64,000 nucleotides of DNA, taken from an uncultured Nitrospiraceae bacterium. GTDB taxonomy: Bacteria; Nitrospirota; Thermodesulfovibrionia; Thermodesulfovibrionales; UBA6898. A program made the translations under genes and the position numbers. The stretch covers positions 32,001-96,000 of the forward strand of contig CAWEQH010000008.1 of assembly GCA_963811165.1 (NCBI GenBank). The letters are read 5' to 3'. The notes beneath the pieces are model-generated. The model was not told the origin of the DNA. It ran no database searches and was given only the letters and a program-made list of their open reading frames with translations. Positions 38,882 through 49,032 of this stretch are shown here, piece by piece. The first letter of the stretch is position 1; every line of letters starts with the position of its first letter.

Positions 38882-39556
38882 ATGAATATCTTGATTTTCG
38901 GTCCTAATGGAAGCGGTAAGGGGACGCAGGGTGCGATTATCCAGAAGAAATACGGGATAACCCACGTAGAGTCGGGCGCCATATTCAGAAAAAATATCGG
39001 CGGCGGCACTGAACTCGGCAAAAAGGCGAAGGTGTATATCGACAGGGGGGACCTTGTGCCGGATGATATCACCATCCCGATGATCCTCGACAGGCTGAAA
39101 GAGGATGACTGTAAAAAGGGCTGGCTATTAGACGGGTTCCCCAGGAACCTGGTGCAGGCCGAGACGCTTCATAAGGCGCTTAAGGATGCCAATATCAACC
39201 TTGACTATGTCATCGAAATATCGCTTGACCGTAAGACCGCAGCAGACAGGATTATGGGAAGAAGGCTTTGCGTCAACGATAATAACCATCCTAACCATAT
39301 CCATATCGACGCGATCAAGCCCATTGAAAAAGACGGGAAACTCGTCTGCCGCGTATGCGGAGGGGAACTAAAGACGAGGGCCGATGACCAGGATGCCTCG
39401 GCGATCAATAAAAGACACGACATCTATTATGACGAAAAGACCGGCACCATGGCAGCGGTCAATTACTTCAAAAAGATCACCGGGCCTAAGGTAATCACCG
39501 TAGACGGCGCGCCTCCGATCAATGCAGTTTCAGAGAAGTTAATGGCCCAGCTGTAG
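38882..39556 (+). CDS. adk: Adenylate kinase (Desulfovibrio-type metal-binding LID)
   Basis: GPNGSGKGTQ, GDLVPD, LDGFPR; LID C-X5-H-X19-C-X2-C. Confidence 0.97.
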   Translation: MNILIFGPNGSGKGTQGAIIQKKYGITHVESGAIFRKNIGGGTELGKKAKVYIDRGDLVPDDITIPMILDRLKEDDCKKGWLLDGFPRNLVQAETLHKALKDANINLDYVIEISLDRKTAADRIMGRRLCVNDNNHPNHIHIDAIKPIEKDGKLVCRVCGGELKTRADDQDASAINKRHDIYYDEKTGTMAAVNYFKKITGPKVITVDGAPPINAVSEKLMAQL

Positions 39557-39580
39557 AAAGTTTTCTCTTCCCTTGCAATT

Positions 39581-39615
39581 AACGGCCGGCCTACGAAGAA
39601 AGTGAGCCGGCCGTT
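39581..39615 (+). terminator. Hairpin after adk
   Basis: AACGGCCGGC/GCCGGCCGTT 10-bp stem; short U-tail. Confidence 0.5.
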
Positions 39616-39618
39616 TCT

Positions 39619-39840
39619 ATGACGGGCGGCGCAACCCTTGTGCCTCAATCGAAGGAAAGTCTTTCGAGAGCGTCACAACTAATGGAGAAATATAGAGATG
39701 TTCCAATGGATTTTGCCGACGCTACACTTGTAGTCTTGGCGGGGGAAATGGAGGTCGAGGAGATATTCACATTGGATATTAGAGGGTTCGGAACGTATCG
39801 CATCACAGGGAAGAGGGCCTTTAAGATATGGCCGAAGTAG
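39619..39840 (+). pseudogene. vapC: N-terminally truncated PIN-domain (VapC) toxin fragment
   Basis: LMEKYRDVPMDFADATLV..IFTLD..F..YR is a PIN C-terminal half; in-frame stop at 39580 upstream; no antitoxin. Confidence 0.75.
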
Positions 39841-40008
39841 AAAACCTTGGAGAATCCGGTAATTCAAGGGGCAAGATTACCTAGAGCCGATAGTGGAAAT
39901 AAAGCCGGCGGAAGATCGGTGCTCCGAAGAGCCTTTGCGGCAAGATCGGCCGCGGTTAACACCACGCTATACGTAACAAAACCTGCTTTTTCTTTTGTTG
40001 TCAGTAGG

Positions 40009-40941
40009 TTAAAGCCTACTATTTATAAGCTCTTTTTGTTCCCATTCAAAGTTATCAGCTCTTATCGGCTGGGTATTCTGCAAAACAATCTTTATCGCTT
40101 TGAAGTAATCTCTCTGTACTTTGAGATTGGAGACTCTACAGTAACATTGAGTTGTTGTAATCCGGCTGTGGCCCAATAGATCCTGTATGGTAACGAGATC
40201 GGCATCGGCGTTCAGGAGCTGTGTTGCCATAGTATGTCTAAGGTGATGACAGGATACCGCAGTCCCGGTCCTCTGTGCATAGTATTCAATCCTCTTTTGA
40301 ATGCCGCGAACTGATATCGGCTTTCCCCTCAGCGGCCCCTTCTGCACTAAGAACACTCTTTTCTCCTTCGACCATTTCCGTTTCTGCATATACGCCTCTA
40401 AGGCACTCTGGGCATCTTCGCTGAGATAGACAACCCTGTCCTTGCTGCCTTTGCCATTGAAGACATAAAGCTGTCTGCTGCGATACTCTATCGCATCTAC
40501 TGTCAGTCGTGCAACCTCCTCAACTCGCAAACCGCACCTGAGCATGAGCATGAACATGGCCCGATCCCTGGCGTCATTGATCTCCCTAAAGAGAGTCACA
40601 ATCTGTTCGTCTCTTAGATGTTTGGGCAATGGCCTGGGCAGACGAAGCCTATAATTCTTTCTTACCGGATTGGTAAGAGGCATTCTCTCATCTTCGATCA
40701 GATAATCGTAGAAGGCATGGATGCAGCCGAAATGACAGTTGATAGTCTTTGGTTTCATTCTCCTTCTCAATAGATGGTCCATATACGCATCGGTTTCTTT
40801 GTGGGTTATTTGCTCCAAAGAAACCTGCGACCAGACATTGAAGTGACCGAGGATATTCATGTAGTTTTTTACAGTGTTGGCCGAACAGTTCCTTCGCTTT
40901 AGGAACCTTCGGTACTTGGCAATCAGATCAGTAAGCCCCAT
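40009..40941 (-). CDS. Tyrosine recombinase B (XerC/D-like, N-terminal SAM-like domain)
   Basis: Full catalytic set: CGLR, GKGSKDR, HHLRH, LGHS, TTQCY. Confidence 0.93.
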   Translation of the reverse strand: MGLTDLIAKYRRFLKRRNCSANTVKNYMNILGHFNVWSQVSLEQITHKETDAYMDHLLRRRMKPKTINCHFGCIHAFYDYLIEDERMPLTNPVRKNYRLRLPRPLPKHLRDEQIVTLFREINDARDRAMFMLMLRCGLRVEEVARLTVDAIEYRSRQLYVFNGKGSKDRVVYLSEDAQSALEAYMQKRKWSKEKRVFLVQKGPLRGKPISVRGIQKRIEYYAQRTGTAVSCHHLRHTMATQLLNADADLVTIQDLLGHSRITTTQCYCRVSNLKVQRDYFKAIKIVLQNTQPIRADNFEWEQKELINSRL

Positions 40942-41928
40942 TAATGCCTCCCTGCTCGATGATTTCCATGGCACGGAAGTACTCCTCTTCACGGCTCTTA
41001 TCTGTCAGGCGGGCATATCGTCGGGTCATCTCTATATCGCGGTGGCCCAACAAAAATTGCAAGACATTCCAGGCGCATGCCGGCATTGAGCAGTTCACTT
41101 GCAAAGGTATGACGAAGACTGTGTATTGTATAGCCTTTGTGTTGGAGCCCTGTTTCTCTCAAGTATCGCGTGAAGATATTACGGGCCGAGGTATAACACA
41201 AGTGACTCCTCAGACCATGGAAGAGATATTCTTTTGTCTTATCTCTCTTTTTAAGCCAGAGCCCTAAGGCCATCAGTGCATCATCACTCAGATAAACCAC
41301 TCGCCCAAGATAGTTCTTTTCGCCCTCATAGATGTGTATCTTCCTCTCACGGACATCAAGATCTATCATCTTCAAGCTGAGAAGCTCACCGATTCTCATG
41401 CCTGTCCGTAAGAGCACGAGGATTAGGGCACGGTCACGAATCTCCTTAATGACACCAAGAATCTTTCTGACATCGCCCGGCGCAATGGCCCTCGGCAGGA
41501 AATCCGGCACTTTGAGTTTTATCTTGCGTTTGAGTATGCGTCCGTCAATGATATCCTGTTCGATCAGAAAACGAAGAAAAGCAAAAAGGCAATGAAGCCG
41601 TGTTCTGACTGATGTGACCTTGAGTCCCCGATCCTGCTCGTGTTCAATAAATGCTTCCAGATCGTTACCGGCAATCTCCTCGATATGACTCTTCCCAATG
41701 GTCGCCATAGAAAATGAGAAAGGAACTCACCGAGAGGAAGCTCGCCCAAAGAGTGCTTGGCTTGTGATTCATTCTCCACTTATAAAGCATGTAGCTCTCG
41801 AAATGCTCTCTGCCGGGAAGGTCTAACTTAGAGATCCTCTGAAGAATACGATCAATGGGGGGCTGGTAATTGACTACTTCGATGTCACTGACGATTGCTT
41901 TGAGAATTGAACCTGCTTTGGTCATCAT
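40928..41928 (-). CDS. Tyrosine recombinase A, two +1 frameshifts (~41705, ~41062)
   Basis: ORF pieces join to give ...AFIEHEQDRGL...TGMRIGE...HSLRHT...LQFLLGHRDIEMTRRYARLTDKSREEEYFRAM...GAY*; SD GAGGAGG; overlaps the start of recombinase B. Confidence 0.88.
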
Positions 41929-42071
41929 TCCTCCTCTTTCTATATGAAAAAGCAGGATTTATCATGACCCTCAGTGCACTTGAGGTTCAATCCATTTTGT
42001 TACGTATAGCACCGACAAAGAAATAGTTATAGGAAATTGAAACAATTGAAGATTACCGTGAAAACAGACAC

Positions 42072-42100
42072 AAAAAGGGCGAGTAATTTACATCTCGCCC
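42072..42100 (-). terminator. Intrinsic terminator upstream of the recombinase element
   Basis: GGGCGAG/CTCGCCC stem followed by TTTTTG on the minus strand. Confidence 0.6.
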
Positions 42101-42294
42101 CTGTATGGGTTATTTTAGAAAGTTCTTTTATTTGTAAGCTCTTACTCTGTCTCCTTAGATAGTCACTCGACCCAAGCTCTGCAAGAACATGAAGATTATC
42201 GCGCCCGCTTGGAAAGCGTGGAGATGGCAGTGGCAAAGTCCATCCCGGTGATATAAGGGTCTAATGGTCCCATGCCGTCTTATATCACTTTAGA

Positions 42295-43343
42295 TCAATA
42301 ACACTGCCATAGTACCCTGTACTGGTTTGAGGCCGTACCTTGATCATACAGGATAGTTGGTATGCATCATCCTGACTGAAGGTTGGCCCGTATAGAGGGC
42401 ACAATGGCAATTATCTCATTGGTCTGCCCCGATGACCAATTCCAGAAGAAGACACCGCCGCCTGTTGCCCTTGTCCAATCCTGCCCCTGCCCGTAGCCGT
42501 GTGCTGCAAATTCAGCATTATAATCCGCAAGGGTAGGCCATGCAGGAGAAGCACCGTGATTCATGCTTTTTACAAGCAACTGCCCATCGCCGCCTGTCAG
42601 GCGCACATTTATCATGATTATGTTCAGCCACGTATTAAGAGAAGTGCTGCAACCACCAGCAGGAGTGGTAAGGTTGAAATACTGCATTTCGTGCGAAGCC
42701 AATGTCACAGAGTATTCCTGGTTTATCGCCATGTTTATCGGTGGGGCGGCCTGGCCGTCGGTTTCCAGGGCAATAATACCCGAATTAATACCAATAAAGA
42801 ATTGAGAGTTGAAATCGAGCCATGAAGGAATACTACTTATTGTCCCGGATACTGTTTGTCCTTGATAAATATAATCACATCCGTTCCAACCCCCCGAAAA
42901 TGTTATGAGGGCAGTATTAGTATCGGCCCCAAATGTGCTCAAGTCAAAAGTGTAGTTGCCCTGCATAAATCTATAATCCCCGGCCACACAAACAAAAGGA
43001 TTCCCTGTGCCCGGACTAAAGGAAATATTGAATGTCTGATCCGCATTAGACTTTAATGTCACATAATAAGAGGTAGAATCATCGACAACCAAAAAATTCC
43101 AAGTTTTCTCTATAACAGCAACTTCCCGGCCATAAGCAGTCGGGACAAGATCAGTTGATTGGGATCCCATTTTAAATCTGCCCAATATTTACCGGGCTTC
43201 CCAATAACAGTAACACCCGAAGCACGGATAGATGTTGAATCCTTGACCTGGATGCTCGCGCCAGTAAGATCGATATCGAACACTCCGAAGGCCATACCAG
43301 ACAACGAAAAAAGAATGATGGCAACTAAAAAGAACTTCTTCAC
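42295..43343 (-). CDS. Secreted hypothetical beta-rich protein, frameshifted (~43146; probably also near 42400; C-terminus uncertain)
   Basis: SD AAGGAGG + GTG, signal peptide KKFFLVAIILFSLSGMAFG; the frame switch at ..PNQLIL/VPTAYG.. joins ORFs 43110-43418 and 42367-43185. Confidence 0.65.
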
Positions 43344-43429
43344 TTTGCTCCTCCTTAAGCTCCGATTGTTTATCGCACCCGGTTCATGTCTATCACAATA
43401 CTCATTGTAGCAGAGCAAGACTCAAGAAA

Positions 43430-43452
43430 GATTCCCGGCAGGCGGGAATGAC
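43430..43452 (+). repeat. REP/dRS3-like palindrome
   Basis: GATTCCCGGCAGGCGGGAATGAC matches the ATTCCC-N7/8-GGGAATGAC repeat class. Confidence 0.6.
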
Positions 43453-43566
43453 AGAAAATAATGTAAGAATATTTCAATGACTTATTCCATATTCGTCAGA
43501 GCATATGCTCTCCGAAAACCGGCGGGTCCCCTTGCGAAACAATCCTTCCAGTCTTTAAAATGGTCT

Positions 43567-45243
43567 ATGCCGATAATAAAGGTCCTTCCTGTAGACGTAA
43601 GAAATAAGATAGCCGCCGGAGAAGTGGTAGAGCGGCCGGCCTCGGTGGTAAAGGAGCTCATAGAAAACGCCATAGACGCCGGGAGTACGGAGATCAGGAT
43701 CGATGTGCTTTCCGGCGGGAAGCGGATGATTAAGGTCTCCGATAACGGTTCGGGGATGGAAAGGGAGGACGCCATCCTCTGTTTCGAACGTCACGCAACA
43801 AGCAAGCTTCTAAGCGAGAGAGACCTCTTTGATATAAGGACACTTGGATTTAGGGGGGAGGCCCTCCCCTCTATCGCATCGGTCTCGAAGATAAAGCTCG
43901 TGACCGGGCTGAAAGGTTCCGATACCGGCATCGCCTTGGAACTTCACGGCGGCCAGATGAAGGAGGAAAGGGAATCTGCCTTCTCAGGGACTTCTGTTGA
44001 GATAAGGGACCTCTTTTTTAATACTCCGGCAAGAAAAAAATTCCTCAAGTCAACCACGACGGAGGCCCTTCATATTGTCGACATCGTGACAAGGGAGTCG
44101 CTCTCTCATAGCGGCATCCATTTTGTGCTGTTTACCGAAGGCCGGGAGACGATGCTTTTGCCCAGGGCATCCGGTTTCAGGGAGCGGATAATGCAGATCT
44201 ACGGCGAAGAGTTTGCCCGGGGGCTTGCCGAGGTCTCTGGGGAGCAGGAAGGAATGCGGCTGCAGGCCTTTATTTCGAAGTCCGGCAACTTCAGAAACAG
44301 CAGGTCCCATCAATTCATATTCGTCAACGACCGCCCGATAAAAGACCAGTCTCTTACCCATGCGGTGTACGGCGCATACGAGGGGATACTCCCCAGTGAC
44401 AAACATCCGGTATTCTTTCTCTTCCTCGAACTGGACCCTGAAAGGGTCGATTTTAACGTCCATCCTACAAAGCGGGAAGTGAGGTTTGAGGAAAAGGAGA
44501 GGATCTATAGGTTCATAAATTCCCATGTGAGGGAGGCCGTAAAAAGCGAGAGGAAGGATTTTACTGGACCTTTTCTTGAACCTTCCGGCGGCAAAGAAGA
44601 GAAATTCCAAACCCCTTATCCTTCCCATTTTTCTCAGGCCTTCCCCGGGACCGCGATATCGGAGGATATCGAACTGGCATATAAACCCGAGCTGCCTTTT
44701 ATTTATCTCGGCGACACGTTCATCGCGCTTTCGGGAAAGGGCGGGCTCACCCTTATAGACCACCATGCCGCACACGAAAGGGTGCTCTATGAAAGGCTTC
44801 TGAGAGGCGTCAGGTTGCAGCCCCTTCATCTTCTTTTCCCTCAGCAGGTGAAGCTCTCGCACGGGGAGTACAGGGTAGTGCTCGAAAATAAGAGTGTCTT
44901 ACAGGAATTGGGTATTGAGCTGGATGATTTCGGGCACGACACGATTGTCGTTCGCTCGGTCCCTCACGATCTGGGGGAGGCGGACTTAAGAGGGACGCTC
45001 TCCGATGCAGCATCAGTCTTTACCGGAGAACCCAGAAGAGGGATGTCTCTTAAGGAGTCCCTTGCCGCCAGTATCGCCTGTCATAGTTCTGTACGCGGCA
45101 AGGAGATATTGAGCCGTGAAGAGGTTTCAAGACTGCTTGCGGACCTTGAACAGACGGAGTACCCCGACCAATGCCCTCACGGAAGACCCACGAGGATATT
45201 TTATTCCCTCGACGACCTCAAAAAGATGTTCAAAAGGAAATGA
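43567..45243 (+). CDS. mutL: DNA mismatch repair protein MutL
   Basis: IAAGEVVERPASVVKELIEN, GFRGEAL, DFNVHPTK, endonuclease DHHAAHER and CPHGRP. Confidence 0.98.
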   Translation: MPIIKVLPVDVRNKIAAGEVVERPASVVKELIENAIDAGSTEIRIDVLSGGKRMIKVSDNGSGMEREDAILCFERHATSKLLSERDLFDIRTLGFRGEALPSIASVSKIKLVTGLKGSDTGIALELHGGQMKEERESAFSGTSVEIRDLFFNTPARKKFLKSTTTEALHIVDIVTRESLSHSGIHFVLFTEGRETMLLPRASGFRERIMQIYGEEFARGLAEVSGEQEGMRLQAFISKSGNFRNSRSHQFIFVNDRPIKDQSLTHAVYGAYEGILPSDKHPVFFLFLELDPERVDFNVHPTKREVRFEEKERIYRFINSHVREAVKSERKDFTGPFLEPSGGKEEKFQTPYPSHFSQAFPGTAISEDIELAYKPELPFIYLGDTFIALSGKGGLTLIDHHAAHERVLYERLLRGVRLQPLHLLFPQQVKLSHGEYRVVLENKSVLQELGIELDDFGHDTIVVRSVPHDLGEADLRGTLSDAASVFTGEPRRGMSLKESLAASIACHSSVRGKEILSREEVSRLLADLEQTEYPDQCPHGRPTRIFYSLDDLKKMFKRK

Positions 45244-46148
45244 AGCGGGTCATTATCCTTCTCGGGCCGACGGGAGTCGGCAAGACAGGCGCCTCTATAT
45301 TGCTTGCGCAAGCGCTCGGCACAGAGATAATCAGCGCAGACTCGATGCAGATATACAGGGGTATGGACATCGGTACCGCAAAGCCCTCGAAAGAGGAAAG
45401 GGCGGGCGTGAAACACCATATGATCGATATCGTCGATCCCACCGAGTCTTACAGTGCAGGGGAGTATATAAGGACGATCACCCCGATCATCGAGGACCTC
45501 CACGCCAGAGGGAAGGTGCCCCTTATGGTCGGGGGCACCGGTCTTTACATCAAGGCCGTTACGCGCGGTATCTTCGGAGGCCCTTCCGCAGATTGGGACC
45601 TCAGGGAGGAACTTCTGTCGGCCGAGGAGGCTGAGCAGGGCTCCCTGTATGCATATCTTTTGAAGGTCGACCCGGATGCGGCCGTCAGGATCGAGCGTAA
45701 CGATACCAGGCGGATTGTGAGGGCATTGGAGGTTTGCCTGAGAGGCAAAGACAGGATTTCAGTCCTTCAGGACAGGCTGACAAGGCCCCTTCCCTACGAC
45801 TTCGTCAAGATCGGTCTTACGAGAGAAAGAAAGGAACTCTACAGGTTGATAGAGCGCCGGATTGAGCGCATGCTGGAGGCGGGGCTGATAGAAGAAGTGA
45901 AGGCCTTTATCGGAAAAACGCCTGACAGGACCCCACTTCAGGCGATAGGCTATAAAGAGATCGCGAGCTATTTAAGAGGCGAGATTCCGCTTGATGAGGC
46001 AGTCAGACTTGTCAAGAGGAACACCAGGAGATATGCCAAGAGGCAGTTCACGTGGTTCAAAAAGGAAGAGGGGATCAAGTGGATAGAGGTGACAAGGGTA
46101 TATAATAGCGGGGACGTTTTCAGAAAAATAATGAATACTCTTGAATAA
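45240..46148 (+). CDS. miaA: tRNA dimethylallyltransferase
   Basis: GPTGVGKT, ISADSMQIYRGMDIGTAKP, GGTGLY, YAKRQFTWF. Confidence 0.98.
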   Translation: MKRVIILLGPTGVGKTGASILLAQALGTEIISADSMQIYRGMDIGTAKPSKEERAGVKHHMIDIVDPTESYSAGEYIRTITPIIEDLHARGKVPLMVGGTGLYIKAVTRGIFGGPSADWDLREELLSAEEAEQGSLYAYLLKVDPDAAVRIERNDTRRIVRALEVCLRGKDRISVLQDRLTRPLPYDFVKIGLTRERKELYRLIERRIERMLEAGLIEEVKAFIGKTPDRTPLQAIGYKEIASYLRGEIPLDEAVRLVKRNTRRYAKRQFTWFKKEEGIKWIEVTRVYNSGDVFRKIMNTLE

Positions 46149-46220
46149 TTAAGAAAAATATTTTATGGTAAATGAAAACTGTGAAGAGAAAAAACCAAAG
46201 AAAGATGAGGGTGGCAGGGG

Positions 46221-46457
46221 ATGACAAATAGCAAGAGCCAGAGTCTCCAGGACAATTACCTGAACCAGCTCAGGAAAGATAAAATACCCGTTGTGGTCTA
46301 TCTGACTAATGGTGTCCGCCTGAAAGGAGTAGTAAAGGCATTCGATAATTTCGTCATCCTTTTGAAGGAGGCGACCCAGCAGCTCGTCTATAAGCATGCG
46401 GTCTCCACTATCGTGCCTGAAAGGGACATAGATACACGGTTTGAGAACCAGCAGTGA
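46221..46457 (+). CDS. hfq: RNA chaperone Hfq
   Basis: [33 protein letters not shown]; follows miaA. Confidence 0.97.
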   Translation: MTNSKSQSLQDNYLNQLRKDKIPVVVYLTNGVRLKGVVKAFDNFVILLKEATQQLVYKHAVSTIVPERDIDTRFENQQ

Positions 46458-46848
46458 ACACAGCAACCCGTTTCCTACCGTAGACATCATCATCAAGTAC
46501 ATGGGGGGGATCGTTTTAATCAGGAGAAAGAACCCTCCTCCCGGCTGGGCCCTTCCCGGGGGGTTTGTCGATTACGGGGAGACCCTCGAGGATGCCGCGG
46601 TGCGGGAGGCGAGGGAAGAGACGGGACTCGATGTGAGGCTGCTTCGGCAGTTTCACAGCTATTCAGACCCCGGCCGGGACCCGAGATTTCATACCATATC
46701 GACGGTGTTTTTGGCTGAGGCCGCGGGGCAGGCCTTGGCAGGAGACGATGCAGCAGAAATCGGCGTTTTCAGCGCCGCGGAGCTGCCTGACAACCTGGCT
46801 TTCGACCACAGGCAGATACTAGAAGATTACATTACAGGGAGGTATTGA
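46441..46848 (+). CDS. NUDIX hydrolase (ADP-ribose pyrophosphatase-like)
   Basis: [28 protein letters not shown]udix box, RDPR, LAFDH; start uncertain. Confidence 0.93.
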   Translation: MRTSSEHSNPFPTVDIIIKYMGGIVLIRRKNPPPGWALPGGFVDYGETLEDAAVREAREETGLDVRLLRQFHSYSDPGRDPRFHTISTVFLAEAAGQALAGDDAAEIGVFSAAELPDNLAFDHRQILEDYITGRY

Positions 46849-46852
46849 TCAG

Positions 46853-47527
46853 ATGCTCAAGGTTATGCGGCACCACGCAAAATACTTTTATGTGCTTTTT
46901 TTCATCGTGATACTTTCGTTCATTTTCTGGGGAGTAGGCTCGGTGGATAAGACAGATAGGAGAGACGTCGTAGCGGAAGTCGGGAAATACAAGATAACGG
47001 GCGAAGAGTACTCGCGGACCTATGGCAGGATGTTCGATTTCTACAGGGACATGTACAAGGAAAAATTCGACGAGGAGATGCAAAAAAAGCTCAACCTCAA
47101 GGAAGGCGTACTGTATTCGCTTGTCAACAACAGGGTGCTCCTCATCGCTGCTAAAGAAAACGGCATTACGGTCACCGACGATGAGCTCAATGAGGCGATA
47201 AAGAACGAGCCGGCTTTTACAAAAAACGGATCTTTTGACATGGAGGTCTATCAAAACAGGCTAAGACTGATGAGGCTCACTCCCGAGGCTTTTGAGGCCG
47301 CAAAAAAACAGGAACTGATCCTGGCAAAAATGAGACGGTTTATCGAACTGTCGGCGCCCGTGCCTACGGCTGATGAACTTGCAAAGATCTCGGGCCAAGA
47401 TGATCAGGCCACGAAGGCGCTTCAGGAGGCGATGGTCGAGAATGCAAAGACGACCGCGCTGAGGGCCTATATCGAGGGGGTAAAGAAGGGTCTTAAGATC
47501 AAGCTCTATACGGACCGTATATCGTGA
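46853..47527 (+). CDS. SurA/PpiD N-terminal chaperone domain protein
   Basis: N-terminal TM (SFIFWGVG), VAEVG..IT, PAF..NG.FD..Y; no PPIase domain. Confidence 0.85.
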   Translation: MLKVMRHHAKYFYVLFFIVILSFIFWGVGSVDKTDRRDVVAEVGKYKITGEEYSRTYGRMFDFYRDMYKEKFDEEMQKKLNLKEGVLYSLVNNRVLLIAAKENGITVTDDELNEAIKNEPAFTKNGSFDMEVYQNRLRLMRLTPEAFEAAKKQELILAKMRRFIELSAPVPTADELAKISGQDDQATKALQEAMVENAKTTALRAYIEGVKKGLKIKLYTDRIS

Positions 47528-48489
47528 AGGGGAAAACCCCGAGGGACATCGGCTGGCTGAGACGTATATCAGCCTTCTCACCTTCGAGGATCATCCTCAC
47601 TTCAAACAATTACCGCATCTTCGATTACCTTGACGGCAGGGGCAGGACCGCTGCGGCGCTTTCCAAAATAATCAGGACTGACGGAAGGGCGACCGAACTT
47701 CTCTTAAACAGCCTTGCGGCAATCGGGCTTTTGGAAAAGAGGGGCGGAAATTACAGGAATGCCTGGGTCGCGTCGCGATATCTCGTAAAGGGAAAGGCTG
47801 ATTACCAGGGAGATATCCTTACGCATAATGATGTTCTCTGGGACAACTGGTCCGGTCTGGACGAGGTGGTAAAGACCGGCAGGCCCTATCGAAAAGCGCA
47901 CGATCATGAGTCTTTTATCCTCGGCATGCATAATCTGGCCCTGCAAAAAGTCAAGGGGGTCATGAAGAATCTCGACCTAAAAGGGATGAAAAAGGTATTG
48001 GACCTCGGTGGGGGGCCCGGTACCTATTCGTTGGCTTTTGCGAAGAAAAAAATGGACGTGACGCTCCTCGATTTTCCTGATACCCTTAGAATCTCAAAGA
48101 GGGTAATTACTTCAGCCGGGATGGAAAAAGATATAAGACTTCTTCCCGGCGATTTCATGAAGGACAAGCTTGGCAGCGGATATGACATGATCTTTATTTC
48201 ACAGATATTTCACGCCTACGGCCCTGATGAGTGCACCGCCCTGCTCAGAAAGTGCCGCGCCTCTTTGCAAAAAGGAGGGCGCGTCGTCGTCCAGGAATTT
48301 TATCTTGAGGAGTCGAGGACCAGTCCCCTCCAAGGTGCGGTATTTGCGATCAATATGCTGGTGAATACTCCGCACGGGAGGACTTATACTCCCAATGAGA
48401 TGTCTGCCTGGATGAAAAGGGCGGGTTTTACAGGCATAGCGAAAAAGATCCTCGATGAGACCGTGTTGATGATTGGGACGAAGAAGTAG
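47524..48489 (+). CDS. SAM-dependent O-methyltransferase with dimerisation domain
   Basis: N-terminal wHTH; LDLGGGPG, GDF, IFHAYG, NMLVNT..G. Confidence 0.9.
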   Translation: MKGKTPRDIGWLRRISAFSPSRIILTSNNYRIFDYLDGRGRTAAALSKIIRTDGRATELLLNSLAAIGLLEKRGGNYRNAWVASRYLVKGKADYQGDILTHNDVLWDNWSGLDEVVKTGRPYRKAHDHESFILGMHNLALQKVKGVMKNLDLKGMKKVLDLGGGPGTYSLAFAKKKMDVTLLDFPDTLRISKRVITSAGMEKDIRLLPGDFMKDKLGSGYDMIFISQIFHAYGPDECTALLRKCRASLQKGGRVVVQEFYLEESRTSPLQGAVFAINMLVNTPHGRTYTPNEMSAWMKRAGFTGIAKKILDETVLMIGTKK

Positions 48490-48526
48490 AGTTGGGTTGT
48501 GTTCGTAGTGCGGTTCTCTCCTGTTG

Positions 48527-48982
48527 CTAGTTTTTCTCGATGGCAGACTCTACGGTCTCTTCCCCGCGGACTTCTTTGTACCGGGAGACCCTGTACCGGG
48601 AATGGGCGGCACTTTTGTGGTCATAAAGGTAGATCGTGTCTCCCCTGACGTTACCGATATAGTATGCGGAGCTGCCGCAGACATGGACGATGAAGGTCTT
48701 GAGGTTGACGAAGATCTCTATGGAGTAGCCTGACCCGGAAGTAAATCGGTAGCTGCAGTCGTTGGCATAGCCGGGGATGTAGTCCTTATGCTGCTCGTCG
48801 AATTCCCTGAGGAACCCTTCAGTGATAAGCGCTGCCATATCGATCTCAGCCGATCCTGAGACATCATAGAGGACGGCTATTTTTTTGCCGGTAATAAGGC
48901 GGCAGACTATATAGGCAATGCCGGCGTGCGTGAATTGGCTCATGATTTCATCTCCTAAATATTCCATGTCCCCTCTATCCAC
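48527..48982 (-). CDS. Hypothetical protein
   Basis: 151-aa ORF immediately downstream of nrdJ; no motif recognised. Confidence 0.55.
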   Translation of the reverse strand: MDRGDMEYLGDEIMSQFTHAGIAYIVCRLITGKKIAVLYDVSGSAEIDMAALITEGFLREFDEQHKDYIPGYANDCSYRFTSGSGYSIEIFVNLKTFIVHVCGSSAYYIGNVRGDTIYLYDHKSAAHSRYRVSRYKEVRGEETVESAIEKN

Positions 48983-49032
48983 TCCTCGGGCCCTTCAGGA
49001 TGTTTTACTATAAGACCTCATAGTTCACCTTC

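Larger units (their letters stand above)
39966..42010 (-). mobile_element. 2,045-bp element with two tyrosine recombinases and 16-bp terminal inverted repeats
   Basis: GCTATACGTAACAAAA (39966-39981) is the exact reverse complement of TTTTGTTACGTATAGC (41995-42010); only two integrase genes lie inside. Confidence 0.8.

Noticed and set aside
40009..41928. Chromosomal xerC/xerD, integron integrase or prophage integrase
   Set aside because: Tandem overlapping genes inside IRs in an accessory context; no IntI-specific insertion, attC array, phage genes or tRNA att site.
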